37,486 nt of DNA, taken from contig CAXCCM010000003.1 of assembly GCA_963981005.1 (NCBI GenBank), positions 1-37,486 of the forward strand. The letters are read 5' to 3'. Below are positions 1 through 7,751 of the stretch, piece by piece; position 1 is the first letter of the stretch; each line of letters opens with the position of its first letter. The notes under the pieces were generated by a model that saw only the letters and a program-made list of their open reading frames with translations, made no database searches and was not told the DNA's origin. The translations under genes and the position numbers were made by a program. The stretch comes from an uncultured bacterium (lineage in GTDB: Bacteria; Cloacimonadota; Cloacimonadia; Cloacimonadales; TCS61).

Positions 1-1
1 A

Positions 2-841
2 TTTCTAGCAGAAGATGGCGTGCGACATGTGCATCACAGTAAGCTAGAATTGGCTGTAATAGGTCACTTACACATAATGCTTACCCTAATTGGAATTGCC
101 ACAACACTGCTTATAGGACGCTGGTTTAATTGGAAAGGAATTACTCATAAAATTGGAATTCCATCAATAATCTGGGGAACGATAATTATTACAATTGGTG
201 TATGGGCGGTAGTACCATATCAGTTATATGCACACACAATAATCTATGTGGGTGCTGTATTCTCTATGTTTGGAGCGCTGATGTTGGTTATATTCGGCTG
301 GGGTAAGCTTATAAAAGAAGGAACAAAGGATATAACAAGACCTAATTTCTTCCAAAAAATAAAAGCACTACTTTCTGATTCGTTGAAATTTGGAACACTC
401 TGGCAGATGGTTTTCATGAATTTTTGTGTGAGTGGAATTGGAATCTTTATGGCAGTTAAACTCGAAGAGATCTTCAGAGAAATTCCTTTCAGAGAAGAAC
501 GAATTACTCTTACCGGACATTGGCATATTTTATCCGTTCTCACTGCAACTATCATTTTAATGTATATCGTTTCCAAAATTTTTCCATTGAAGAAGAAGAT
601 CGGGAATTTATACGGGTGGGTAATTATACTTGCTTCCGATCTGGCTTTTGCCATGATCACGATATTCAGTATTAAACGATTGTGGGTTATAGAAGAAGCA
701 CAGCAAACTTTGGTGAATCAACTTCACATATTCAGTGAAATTGGACTTGGTTTACTATTAACATCATTGGGCATTTATATGGTTGTTAGATTAGTTGACT
801 TCCTGAAAAATGGAAAAGCAAATGCTGAGATTGGGGAGTAG
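2..841 (+). CDS. 5'-truncated His-rich polytopic membrane protein, divergent heme-copper oxidase/NOR subunit I-like (C-terminal ~7 helices)
   Basis: The frame is open from base 2 (FLAEDGVRHVHHSKLELAVIGHLH...), so the gene likely starts upstream of the window. About 7 hydrophobic segments, with IGHLH and TGHWH four helices apart, resembling the cbb3 helix X IGHVH motif. Upstream of ctaB. The CDS is secure; the family call is inference. Confidence 0.55.
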   Translation, partial: FLAEDGVRHVHHSKLELAVIGHLHIMLTLIGIATTLLIGRWFNWKGITHKIGIPSIIWGTIIITIGVWAVVPYQLYAHTIIYVGAVFSMFGALMLVIFGWGKLIKEGTKDITRPNFFQKIKALLSDSLKFGTLWQMVFMNFCVSGIGIFMAVKLEEIFREIPFREERITLTGHWHILSVLTATIILMYIVSKIFPLKKKIGNLYGWVIILASDLAFAMITIFSIKRLWVIEEAQQTLVNQLHIFSEIGLGLLLTSLGIYMVVRLVDFLKNGKANAEIGE

Positions 842-1783
842 ATGATGAAAATAATAATAAATATCTCTATAATAATTACGGGTCTATTTCTAATGATAAG
901 TTGTAGTGAAATCCCAGAAGATATACATCCTGATACAGTTTCCATGAATTTAACCGTTAATGAAAATGATTGGGTTCTTGTAGAAAAAGGAGAATTCATT
1001 TCCGGCTTGAATGAGAATGAAAATGAAGTTCCTTACGATTATGAAATTATGGTTACTGAAGTTACTTATTCACAATATGCTGAATATCTTAATTCTGCTA
1101 TAAAAGAAAACCTAATCGAAATTGAAGATGGTTTTATAAAAGGTTCTTATAAAGGTGATGCATTCCATAAAATGCGTCATGAATTTGAGATCCTTGAAGG
1201 AAATTACATCTATTATAATTTGAATGGTATTAAATGCCGCATGAAATACGATGATGGGATTTTCTCGGTTAGAGAAGGGTACGGGAAATTTCCAGTGGCT
1301 TATGTTAGCTGGTTTGGTGCAAATGCGTATTCTTTATATTACCGATATAATTTGGCATCTTTAGAAGAATGGGAAAAAGCTGCACGTGGTGGTGATAACA
1401 GAACTTTCCCTTGGGGTTTCGAAGAGCCAACACCAGATATTGCCAACTATCATCACAGCAAAGATCCTTTCGATCATGAGAATGCTGCAACACCTGTTGG
1501 ATTTTACAATGGTGAAAAACACGGAGATTTTCAAACAAGAAATAACAAAAGCGTTTATGGCAGCTATGATATGGCAGGAAATGTAGCTGAATGGATTGGG
1601 ACAGTTCAACATGGAAGTCATCTGAGATTAATATATGGTGGAAGCTTCATGGAGTATGGTTACAATCTACGTTCATTTACAGAAAATTCTTCAGTTCCGG
1701 AATACTGCAGTTTCCAAGTTGGATTCCGCTGTACGCGAAAAGTAGATGAAGAGAGTGTTGAGAGTGATCAAATTTTACATTAA
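842..1783 (+). CDS. FGE-sulfatase (SUMF1/NirV/EgtB-like) domain lipoprotein
   Basis: Lipobox LMISC. Family motifs EVTYSQY, PVAYVSW, EWEKAARG, FPWG, DMAGNVAEW, GGSF and GFRC. No FGE catalytic Cys pair after GGSF. Confidence 0.85.
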   Translation: MMKIIINISIIITGLFLMISCSEIPEDIHPDTVSMNLTVNENDWVLVEKGEFISGLNENENEVPYDYEIMVTEVTYSQYAEYLNSAIKENLIEIEDGFIKGSYKGDAFHKMRHEFEILEGNYIYYNLNGIKCRMKYDDGIFSVREGYGKFPVAYVSWFGANAYSLYYRYNLASLEEWEKAARGGDNRTFPWGFEEPTPDIANYHHSKDPFDHENAATPVGFYNGEKHGDFQTRNNKSVYGSYDMAGNVAEWIGTVQHGSHLRLIYGGSFMEYGYNLRSFTENSSVPEYCSFQVGFRCTRKVDEESVESDQILH

Positions 1784-2600
1784 GCTTCTTAAAACTCCTC
1801 AAACAGGGCTTTTACTGTTTACTTCGATTGCTGGTTATTTGGCATCATCGGGACAATTGTCTGTTGAATTAGTTATTCTGGCAATGGTTGGAATGGTGTT
1901 AGCAATAGGTGGTGCAACTGCACTGAATATGTCTTTTGATGAAGATATTGATGCAAAGATGAACCGCACTAAGAATCGTCCGATTCCCAAAGGGATTCTT
2001 ACATCTAAAAAAGCGCTTATTTTTGGATGGTTATTGATAATTATTGGCATGATTATTTCCTATTGGATTCAGCCATTATACAGCCTAATTGTTGCTTTTG
2101 GGGTTTTCTTTAACTACATAATTTATACTTTATGGCTCAAAAGAAGATCTGCTTTATCAATAATTTTTGGTGGTTTAGCTGGAGGAATGCCGATTTTGGC
2201 AGGAAGAGTTTTGGCAACGGGAAGCATTGACCTAATTGGAATTTTAATGTCACTCGGGATATTGTTTTGGATTCCAACCCACATACTTTCATTGGCAATG
2301 AATCACTCAGAGGATTATAAAATTGCAGGAGTTCCAACTATTCCTAATAAATTTGGATTTACCAGAACCAGATACTTTATAACAACTGCAAACATCATTG
2401 CTGTTCTTATTTTTTTATATATTTGTGTGATGCTGGAAATCTCGAAAACAGGAATTGTGATACTGCTTTTTGGAAGTGTTGTTTTAATTGCAACTTCGCT
2501 GATAATTATTTTCAAACCTTCCGAAAGAGCAAATTTTTATTTATTCAAGTTCGCATCATTGTATATGGTTATTGCAATGATAATTATGATGATGAAATAA
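1746..2600 (+). CDS. ctaB: protoheme IX farnesyltransferase (heme O synthase)
   Basis: UbiA-family motif NMSFDEDIDAKMNRTKNRPIP, plus YTLWLKRR, GGLAGGMP and WIPTH...DYKIAGVP. Multi-TM. Confidence 0.93.
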   Translation: MKRVLRVIKFYIKLLKTPQTGLLLFTSIAGYLASSGQLSVELVILAMVGMVLAIGGATALNMSFDEDIDAKMNRTKNRPIPKGILTSKKALIFGWLLIIIGMIISYWIQPLYSLIVAFGVFFNYIIYTLWLKRRSALSIIFGGLAGGMPILAGRVLATGSIDLIGILMSLGILFWIPTHILSLAMNHSEDYKIAGVPTIPNKFGFTRTRYFITTANIIAVLIFLYICVMLEISKTGIVILLFGSVVLIATSLIIIFKPSERANFYLFKFASLYMVIAMIIMMMK

Positions 2601-2621
2601 TGAAGGCAGAAGCCTAATTAT

Positions 2622-2710
2622 AAAACAAAGAGATCGTTTGCAAGAGCAAGCCGATTCTTAAAAAAAACTGAATCGTTTGCAAGCAAGCCGATTCTTAAAA
2701 GGAGAGAAAA
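2622..2710 (+). repeat. tandem duplicated hairpin element (2 copies) ending in the RBS of the next gene
   Basis: ATCGTTTGCAAGAGCAAGCCGATTCTTAAAA (2633-2663) and AATCGTTTGCAAGCAAGCCGATTCTTAAAA (2671-2700), followed by GGAGAGAAAA ATG. Each copy is self-complementary (ATCG/CGAT, TTGC/GCAA). Confidence 0.85.
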
Positions 2711-3346
2711 ATGTATGAAACAATTAAGGCCATGACCATGTTGGATCGTGGAATTTTGTTGGCAACAGGAATCGTAGCAATTTACATGTTATTCGTACTT
2801 TTCAAAAAGCAAAAGGCAAAGGCAGAAACAGAAAATATTTTCTTCATAATGTCATTTGCTGTTCTATTAGTTGCAGGTTTAATTCTTATTTTTACAAATT
2901 GGGATTCACTACTTTCACCATTTGTGGCAATAGTAGCTGGATTGATCCCATTCGGATTAGCTTTAGGGCTTATCAAGAAGTTTTATCCAGCAAAGTTTAA
3001 ACTTTATCTTATTGTTTTAACTATCGGACTCATCTGGATAGCAGTTGCTAAGATCGGACAGGTAATGTGTAAAGGAAGTATCGCACTTCCATTTTTCCAT
3101 GCAATTGCCGGTCTAACAATTTTCTTCGTACCTATTATGGCTGTTAAAGCTGGTAAAGTTAAACCTGGATTTATCAATGTTACAATTGGTGGAACACTCA
3201 TCGGACTAGGTGGAATCGCACTTGCCTTCATAAAAAATGGCGGACAATTGTTATTCTTCTCACCACTGGTTGTTCTTACAATTCTAGCTCCACTTCTTTT
3301 CCTTACAGCTCTATTCTTTGCACTCGGGCTTACGAAGGGAGAATAG
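2711..3346 (+). CDS. uncharacterised ~7-TM membrane protein
   Basis: GGAG RBS and a highly hydrophobic 211-aa ORF. Single His in FFHAIAGL; Gly-rich GGTLIGLGG. Confidence 0.8.
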   Translation: MYETIKAMTMLDRGILLATGIVAIYMLFVLFKKQKAKAETENIFFIMSFAVLLVAGLILIFTNWDSLLSPFVAIVAGLIPFGLALGLIKKFYPAKFKLYLIVLTIGLIWIAVAKIGQVMCKGSIALPFFHAIAGLTIFFVPIMAVKAGKVKPGFINVTIGGTLIGLGGIALAFIKNGGQLLFFSPLVVLTILAPLLFLTALFFALGLTKGE

Positions 3347-3369
3347 ATTTATAACAAAATCGTAGATTA

Positions 3370-3840
3370 ATGAAAAAACTTATTTATATATATAGCATTG
3401 GAGGAGTTATTGCAATTTTCTCCAGTGCTATTTATCGTTTGTACCCACACGTTAAAGAAAGTATGTCCTTAGAGTTTTCTGCTTTAAATTGGACTGTATT
3501 GGCAGCCTACTTAATAGTAATGATCGTTGGGAAAGGATATTTCGCACTTCATAGAGGATTTGTGCCGAGAGTAATAGTTCGTTCTGAACAAATAATCAGT
3601 AATGGGAATTTGATAGATAAATTATTAGCTCCTCTTTATTGCATGGGCTTTTTTAAGGCTCCAAAAAAAAGAATGATAATTTCTTATTTGATGATATTAT
3701 TCATTATTTCATTTTTGGTTAGTGCTTCAAAAATTGTACAACCTTGGCGAGGAATAATTGATCTGGGCGTGATAGTAGGATTATCTTTAGGAATTATATC
3801 TCTATTATTGTTAGGCTCTAAAAAATTAATTTCCAAATAG
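3370..3840 (+). CDS. uncharacterised membrane protein
   Basis: 156 aa with ~4 hydrophobic segments. Motifs LAPLYCMGFF and QPWRGIIDLG look like a conserved hypothetical family. Confidence 0.75.
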   Translation: MKKLIYIYSIGGVIAIFSSAIYRLYPHVKESMSLEFSALNWTVLAAYLIVMIVGKGYFALHRGFVPRVIVRSEQIISNGNLIDKLLAPLYCMGFFKAPKKRMIISYLMILFIISFLVSASKIVQPWRGIIDLGVIVGLSLGIISLLLLGSKKLISK

Positions 3841-3875
3841 AAAAAGAGCCAAGTTATAATTTACAAACTTGGCTC
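3841..3875 (-). terminator. intrinsic terminator between convergent genes
   Basis: GAGCCAAGTT (3846-3855) / AACTTGGCTC (3866-3875) perfect 10-bp inverted repeat. A5 at 3841-3845 gives a U-tract on the - strand. Confidence 0.75.
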
Positions 3876-3899
3876 AAAGTATCTTAAATTACTTCAATT

Positions 3900-4766
3900 C
3901 TAAAATGCGTAAACTATTCCACCTATATGATAGAAATTTTCCATTTCAGCACTTTTCATATATTTAGTTCGATATGAAATTCCCCAACTTCTATTGAAAT
4001 AAATATTCAACATTCCTGAAGCAATATCATAAGTATCGCTTTCTTGAAGATCAACTTTACAATGATATTTCAATTTCAGATCTATAAAATGATAGAATGT
4101 AGCTTTGAAATTTAATCCTGCTAATGCATAGAAAGTATCATCATCAACGTTATCTTTAATGGAGATCTCAGGAATATATGGACCCATTGGAGGTATGACA
4201 AAATCAATATCTCCTTTAATAACATCCGCTTCTGCTCCTACCCAAGGCATGAATGAGTATTTGATTTTATCACTGCCAAGATAGAAATATTTTCCTCCAC
4301 GAATAAATGGAGCAATAATATTTTGTGATAAACCAAAATCATTTATTGCTGAAGTTTGTGGAGCTGGAGGTGGCGCACCAGTATCAAATGAAAGAGAATC
4401 AGCATCTGTACTCATTTTCAAATATTCAATTCCTGCACCAATAACATATTTACTGTTTTCTTTAACACCTAAGTAATAATCAAAAATGAAATGAGTTCCC
4501 CATAAACTGCTGTAATTCAGATCCTCAGAATTGTATACAAATGCGTTCCATTGATACTTGTCAGTGTCTATGCATTGAAAATAGAGTCCTTTAAATAGTG
4601 AATCATCATTGAATTCTAGATCAAATGATTGATCACCATGTTCCATTGTTCTGCTCATGTCATTATTAATAGTTCCCAAATATGGAGTTACAATTCGAAT
4701 TTTCTCTGCATAAATTGAGCCAACAAATAATAATGAAATTATAAATAATACCAATACTTTTTTCAC
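3900..4766 (-). CDS. putative outer-membrane beta-barrel protein
   Basis: GTG start with GGAG RBS, Sec signal peptide (MKKVLVLFIISLLFVGSIYA), aromatic alternating beta-strand pattern, C-terminal GIVYAF. Confidence 0.7.
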   Translation of the reverse strand: MKKVLVLFIISLLFVGSIYAEKIRIVTPYLGTINNDMSRTMEHGDQSFDLEFNDDSLFKGLYFQCIDTDKYQWNAFVYNSEDLNYSSLWGTHFIFDYYLGVKENSKYVIGAGIEYLKMSTDADSLSFDTGAPPPAPQTSAINDFGLSQNIIAPFIRGGKYFYLGSDKIKYSFMPWVGAEADVIKGDIDFVIPPMGPYIPEISIKDNVDDDTFYALAGLNFKATFYHFIDLKLKYHCKVDLQESDTYDIASGMLNIYFNRSWGISYRTKYMKSAEMENFYHIGGIVYAF

Positions 4767-4839
4767 GTTTTCTACTCTCCTAATTTATATTAACGTATTA
4801 AAATGAAATTTTTTTGAATCTAAAATTCACGTCAATAAA

Positions 4840-5349
4840 TTAAGTGAAAATTATTGAAGCTCCTGCAGATTTTTCATAAAATTGACCTACAGTTAGTACT
4901 TCTTCAACTTGGTCAACCAGATCATCTTTGGTTAGTTTGAACATATCCATTGCCAATTTACAGGCATAGATCTTTCCTCCAGCATCAGAAATCATTTCTA
5001 GAAATTCATCTACAGGTGGTATATCCAGATCTTCCATCTCTTTTTTCATCATCATTGTAGCCATGGGAGAAACACCGGGGATAGCACCCATCCAGGTTGG
5101 AAATGGAGCAGTTATTGGGAATTTCATCATTGGCATAGCTAAGTTTAATGAAGGATTTCCAACTGTAGCAACTTTTAATTTTTTAACCATTTTTTTCATT
5201 ATTGCATTGAGTCCGAAGAAAGTGAAAAATATAGAAGCTTCAATCCCTTCCATTCTGGCACCATTTGCCATTATTAATGCTGGATAAACTTCATCTAATC
5301 CACCTTTTGCACATATTATCGATACTTTTTTGATCTTTCCATTTTCCAT
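4840..5349 (-). CDS. DsrE/DsrF/DrsH-like (DsrE2-type) sulfur-relay protein
   Basis: YPALIMANGA, IFFTFFGL, IYACKLAMDM (conserved Cys). Adjacent to the tusE-like and sqr genes. Confidence 0.88.
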   Translation of the reverse strand: MENGKIKKVSIICAKGGLDEVYPALIMANGARMEGIEASIFFTFFGLNAIMKKMVKKLKVATVGNPSLNLAMPMMKFPITAPFPTWMGAIPGVSPMATMMMKKEMEDLDIPPVDEFLEMISDAGGKIYACKLAMDMFKLTKDDLVDQVEEVLTVGQFYEKSAGASIIFT

Positions 5350-5363
5350 AATATTCTCCTTAT

Positions 5364-5681
5364 TTAGATGCAGCTTTCAGGTTTTTTCAATCCAGCAATT
5401 CTGGATGATTTTTTAAGTGGTCCACCCGGGAAAAGTGTGTATAATTCTTTTGTATCAACAACACCAGATTTCTTCATTTTTCTAATTGAAGGTAAAGCTC
5501 CATTCTCTTTGTAATAATCCTGAAGGTGCTTGATGACTTCCCAATGTCGATCACTCATCTCTTCGATACCTTCTTCAGCTGCAATAACTTCTGCAATCGC
5601 TTCATTCCACTGACCAAAATCAGTAAGGAATCCTTCTTCATTAACATCTACCATGCTTCCTGCAATTTCTTTTGTTGCCAT
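5364..5681 (-). CDS. tusE: TusE/DsrC/DsvC family sulfur carrier (single C-terminal Cys)
   Basis: EEGFL...W, HWEVI, LFPGGP and C-terminal RIAGLKKPESCI. Only the penultimate Cys is present. Confidence 0.88.
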   Translation of the reverse strand: MATKEIAGSMVDVNEEGFLTDFGQWNEAIAEVIAAEEGIEEMSDRHWEVIKHLQDYYKENGALPSIRKMKKSGVVDTKELYTLFPGGPLKKSSRIAGLKKPESCI

Positions 5682-5731
5682 GATTCTCTCCTCTTAAGAG
5701 TCGGTTTGCTTTTGCAAACCGTCTTTATTTT
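5682..5731 (-). repeat. third (inverted) copy of the hairpin+RBS element
   Basis: The - strand reads AAAGACGGTTTGCAAAAGCAAACCGACTCTTAAGAGGAGAGAATC ATG. Perfect stem CGGTTTGC/GCAAACCG (5702-5721). Aligns with 2622-2710. Confidence 0.75.
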
Positions 5732-5732
5732 T

Positions 5733-6965
5733 TTATATTTTCTTTCCTAATTTACTCATTTGTGTTGTAATTCCCGGCATCGGCAATCCCTTAAGAAGCA
5801 TATTCCAATAAATGTATTTGAACGCAAGCTTCCCTATATGATTAATTCTAGTTTCCTTCAACAATGAAAAAGGCCCTACTAAAGGAAGAGGGAATGTTCC
5901 CTCAACTGGCTCTACATCATAATTGAAATCTATTAAGAAAGCTTTACCAAAACCTGATTCAATAAAGCAATTCGCATGTCCGTCGAATTCTTGAACTAGT
6001 TCTTTCTCATTTATAAATTTCATTATGTTCTTAGTTAAAACTTCTGCTTGGAAATGAGCTACTGATCCAGCCTTTGAACTTGGTAGGTCAGTCGCATCTC
6101 CAATTACAAAGATGTTCTCTTTCTTCTTGGATTGTAAAGTATGTTTGTGTGTAGGAACAAAATTGAGATCATCACCAAGTCCAGATCGTTCAATAACATC
6201 ATCTCCCATATTTGTTGGGATGGTTACCAACAGATCATAATTTACTTTTTTCTCATCATAAGATTGAATGAAATTCTCTTGTTCATTCACAAGTTCAACA
6301 TCAAAATCTGAGACCATATTTATTTTCTTATCATCTAAGAGATAACCAAGCACATTAGAGCAGTTCTGCTTTGTAAAAGCTCCTGATAATGGTGTTATGT
6401 AAGTCATTTCAACTTTTTCGCGAATCCCTTTCTTATGAAAGAACGCATCAGCCAACATGATGAATTCCAGCGGGGCAACCGGACATTTAATCGGCATTTC
6501 TGTTAGATGAACAATAAATTTTCCGCCTTCCCATGTTTTGAGTTTATCACGTAAAGCAGTTGCACCTTCAATTGTATAAAAATCAAAAACATTTTTATGC
6601 CAACCTTCATCAGCTAAACCATCAACTTCATCAGGAACGATTTTTGATCCTGTAGCAATGATCAAAATATCATATGATAGATTTGTTCCATCTTTTAGAA
6701 CTACATTATTCTTATCGTGTTCTATAACTTCAATTGCTTTTTCAATGTACTCTACACTTTTTGGAATAAATTGTTTTTTAGTTTTAATCACATCTTTTTC
6801 TGTGTAAGTATCAAATGGAATAAAAAGAAAACCAGGTTGATAATAATGTGTTTTGTGCTGATCAACTACAGTAATCTTCCACTCATTTTTATTCAACTTT
6901 CTATTCAGATGATTTACCATCATAGTACCGGCAGTTCCAGCACCTAAAATTAATAATTTTTTCAT
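5733..6965 (-). CDS. sqr: sulfide:quinone oxidoreductase (type III-like FAD-dependent oxidoreductase)
   Basis: GAGTAG Rossmann motif, HYYQPGFLF, IKCPVAPLE, IGDATDLP, SKAGSVAH and FDGHANCFIE (both redox Cys). Confidence 0.88.
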   Translation of the reverse strand: MKKLLILGAGTAGTMMVNHLNRKLNKNEWKITVVDQHKTHYYQPGFLFIPFDTYTEKDVIKTKKQFIPKSVEYIEKAIEVIEHDKNNVVLKDGTNLSYDILIIATGSKIVPDEVDGLADEGWHKNVFDFYTIEGATALRDKLKTWEGGKFIVHLTEMPIKCPVAPLEFIMLADAFFHKKGIREKVEMTYITPLSGAFTKQNCSNVLGYLLDDKKINMVSDFDVELVNEQENFIQSYDEKKVNYDLLVTIPTNMGDDVIERSGLGDDLNFVPTHKHTLQSKKKENIFVIGDATDLPSSKAGSVAHFQAEVLTKNIMKFINEKELVQEFDGHANCFIESGFGKAFLIDFNYDVEPVEGTFPLPLVGPFSLLKETRINHIGKLAFKYIYWNMLLKGLPMPGITTQMSKLGKKI

Positions 6966-6989
6966 TAACTCTCCATAGATTATATTTTA

Positions 6990-7610
6990 TTATTTTGTTT
7001 TAATAGCTTCGCAAATTAATTGAATCGTGTAGTTATAAAGCTCAACGGGGTTCGTGTTCTCTGTCTCTTGAAGAAAGTAGGGAATTAGACCGGAAAGTTC
7101 TCCCCATAGGATATAAGACAGTTTATCTGAATCAGCATCCGATCTGATGCTTTTATCTTTTTTGCCGTCTTTTATGATTTGTTTGATCATCTCTCTGATC
7201 TGCAAATTTTCTTCATCTATAAATTCTAATACAGGACTCTCAAATTTGCATCCAGCTCTATGCTGTTTATAATTTGAAAATGCAAAAATATAATTGGGAT
7301 ATTTATCGTGGAACTCAAGAAAGGTTGATGAAAGTACTTCGATCTTGTTTAAATTAAGTGTTTTCTTGGAAGTTACTTTCTCGAATTCAGAAGTAATTAC
7401 CTTAAGTCCTTTTAAAACAATAGATAAACATAACTCATTCTTACTTTGAAAATATGTATAAAGTGCACCCTTACTGAATTCGGCTTCTACTGCAATATCA
7501 TCCATTGTTGCATTTTCAAATCCTTTTGACATAAACACTTTTTCTGCTGCAGAAATTATTATATTCTGCCTGAATAAGCGTTCCCTCTCTTTTCTCTCAT
7601 TACTTCCCAA
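6990..7610 (-). CDS. TetR/AcrR family transcriptional regulator
   Basis: AAEKVFMSKGFENATMDDIAVEAEFSKGALYTYFQSK helix-turn-helix. TTG start with GGAG RBS. Confidence 0.93.
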   Translation of the reverse strand: MGSNERKERERLFRQNIIISAAEKVFMSKGFENATMDDIAVEAEFSKGALYTYFQSKNELCLSIVLKGLKVITSEFEKVTSKKTLNLNKIEVLSSTFLEFHDKYPNYIFAFSNYKQHRAGCKFESPVLEFIDEENLQIREMIKQIIKDGKKDKSIRSDADSDKLSYILWGELSGLIPYFLQETENTNPVELYNYTIQLICEAIKTK

Positions 7611-7635
7611 TGCTGACTCCTATTTCTTTTATTGA

Positions 7636-7665
7636 ATTAAAGTCAGAAAAATGACTATCAGTCAA
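7636..7665 (-). promoter_or_regulatory. putative TetR operator overlapping the promoter
   Basis: Palindrome TGACT-ATC-AGTCA (7652-7664) and an extra AGTCA half-site at 7641. On the - strand, TTGACT (7665-7660) is followed 18 nt later by TTTAAT (7641-7636). Confidence 0.5.
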
Positions 7666-7698
7666 AAAGGTCAAGAAAATAATTTGATTTTGAAACAG

Positions 7699-7728
7699 AA
7701 AAAGAGCAAGTGAAGTCACTTGCTCTTT
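7699..7728 (-). terminator. intrinsic terminator of the nrf/ccs operon
   Basis: Perfect 13-bp inverted repeat AAAGAGCAAGTGA-AG-TCACTTGCTCTTT with an A-tract on the left, just downstream of ccsA. Confidence 0.85.
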
Positions 7729-7751
7729 ATAACTGTATTTTTAAGTAATTT

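Noticed and set aside
2633-2700. Palindromic ~30-nt tandem repeat as a mini CRISPR array
   Set aside because: Only two copies separated by about 7 nt, no unique spacer and no cas genes.
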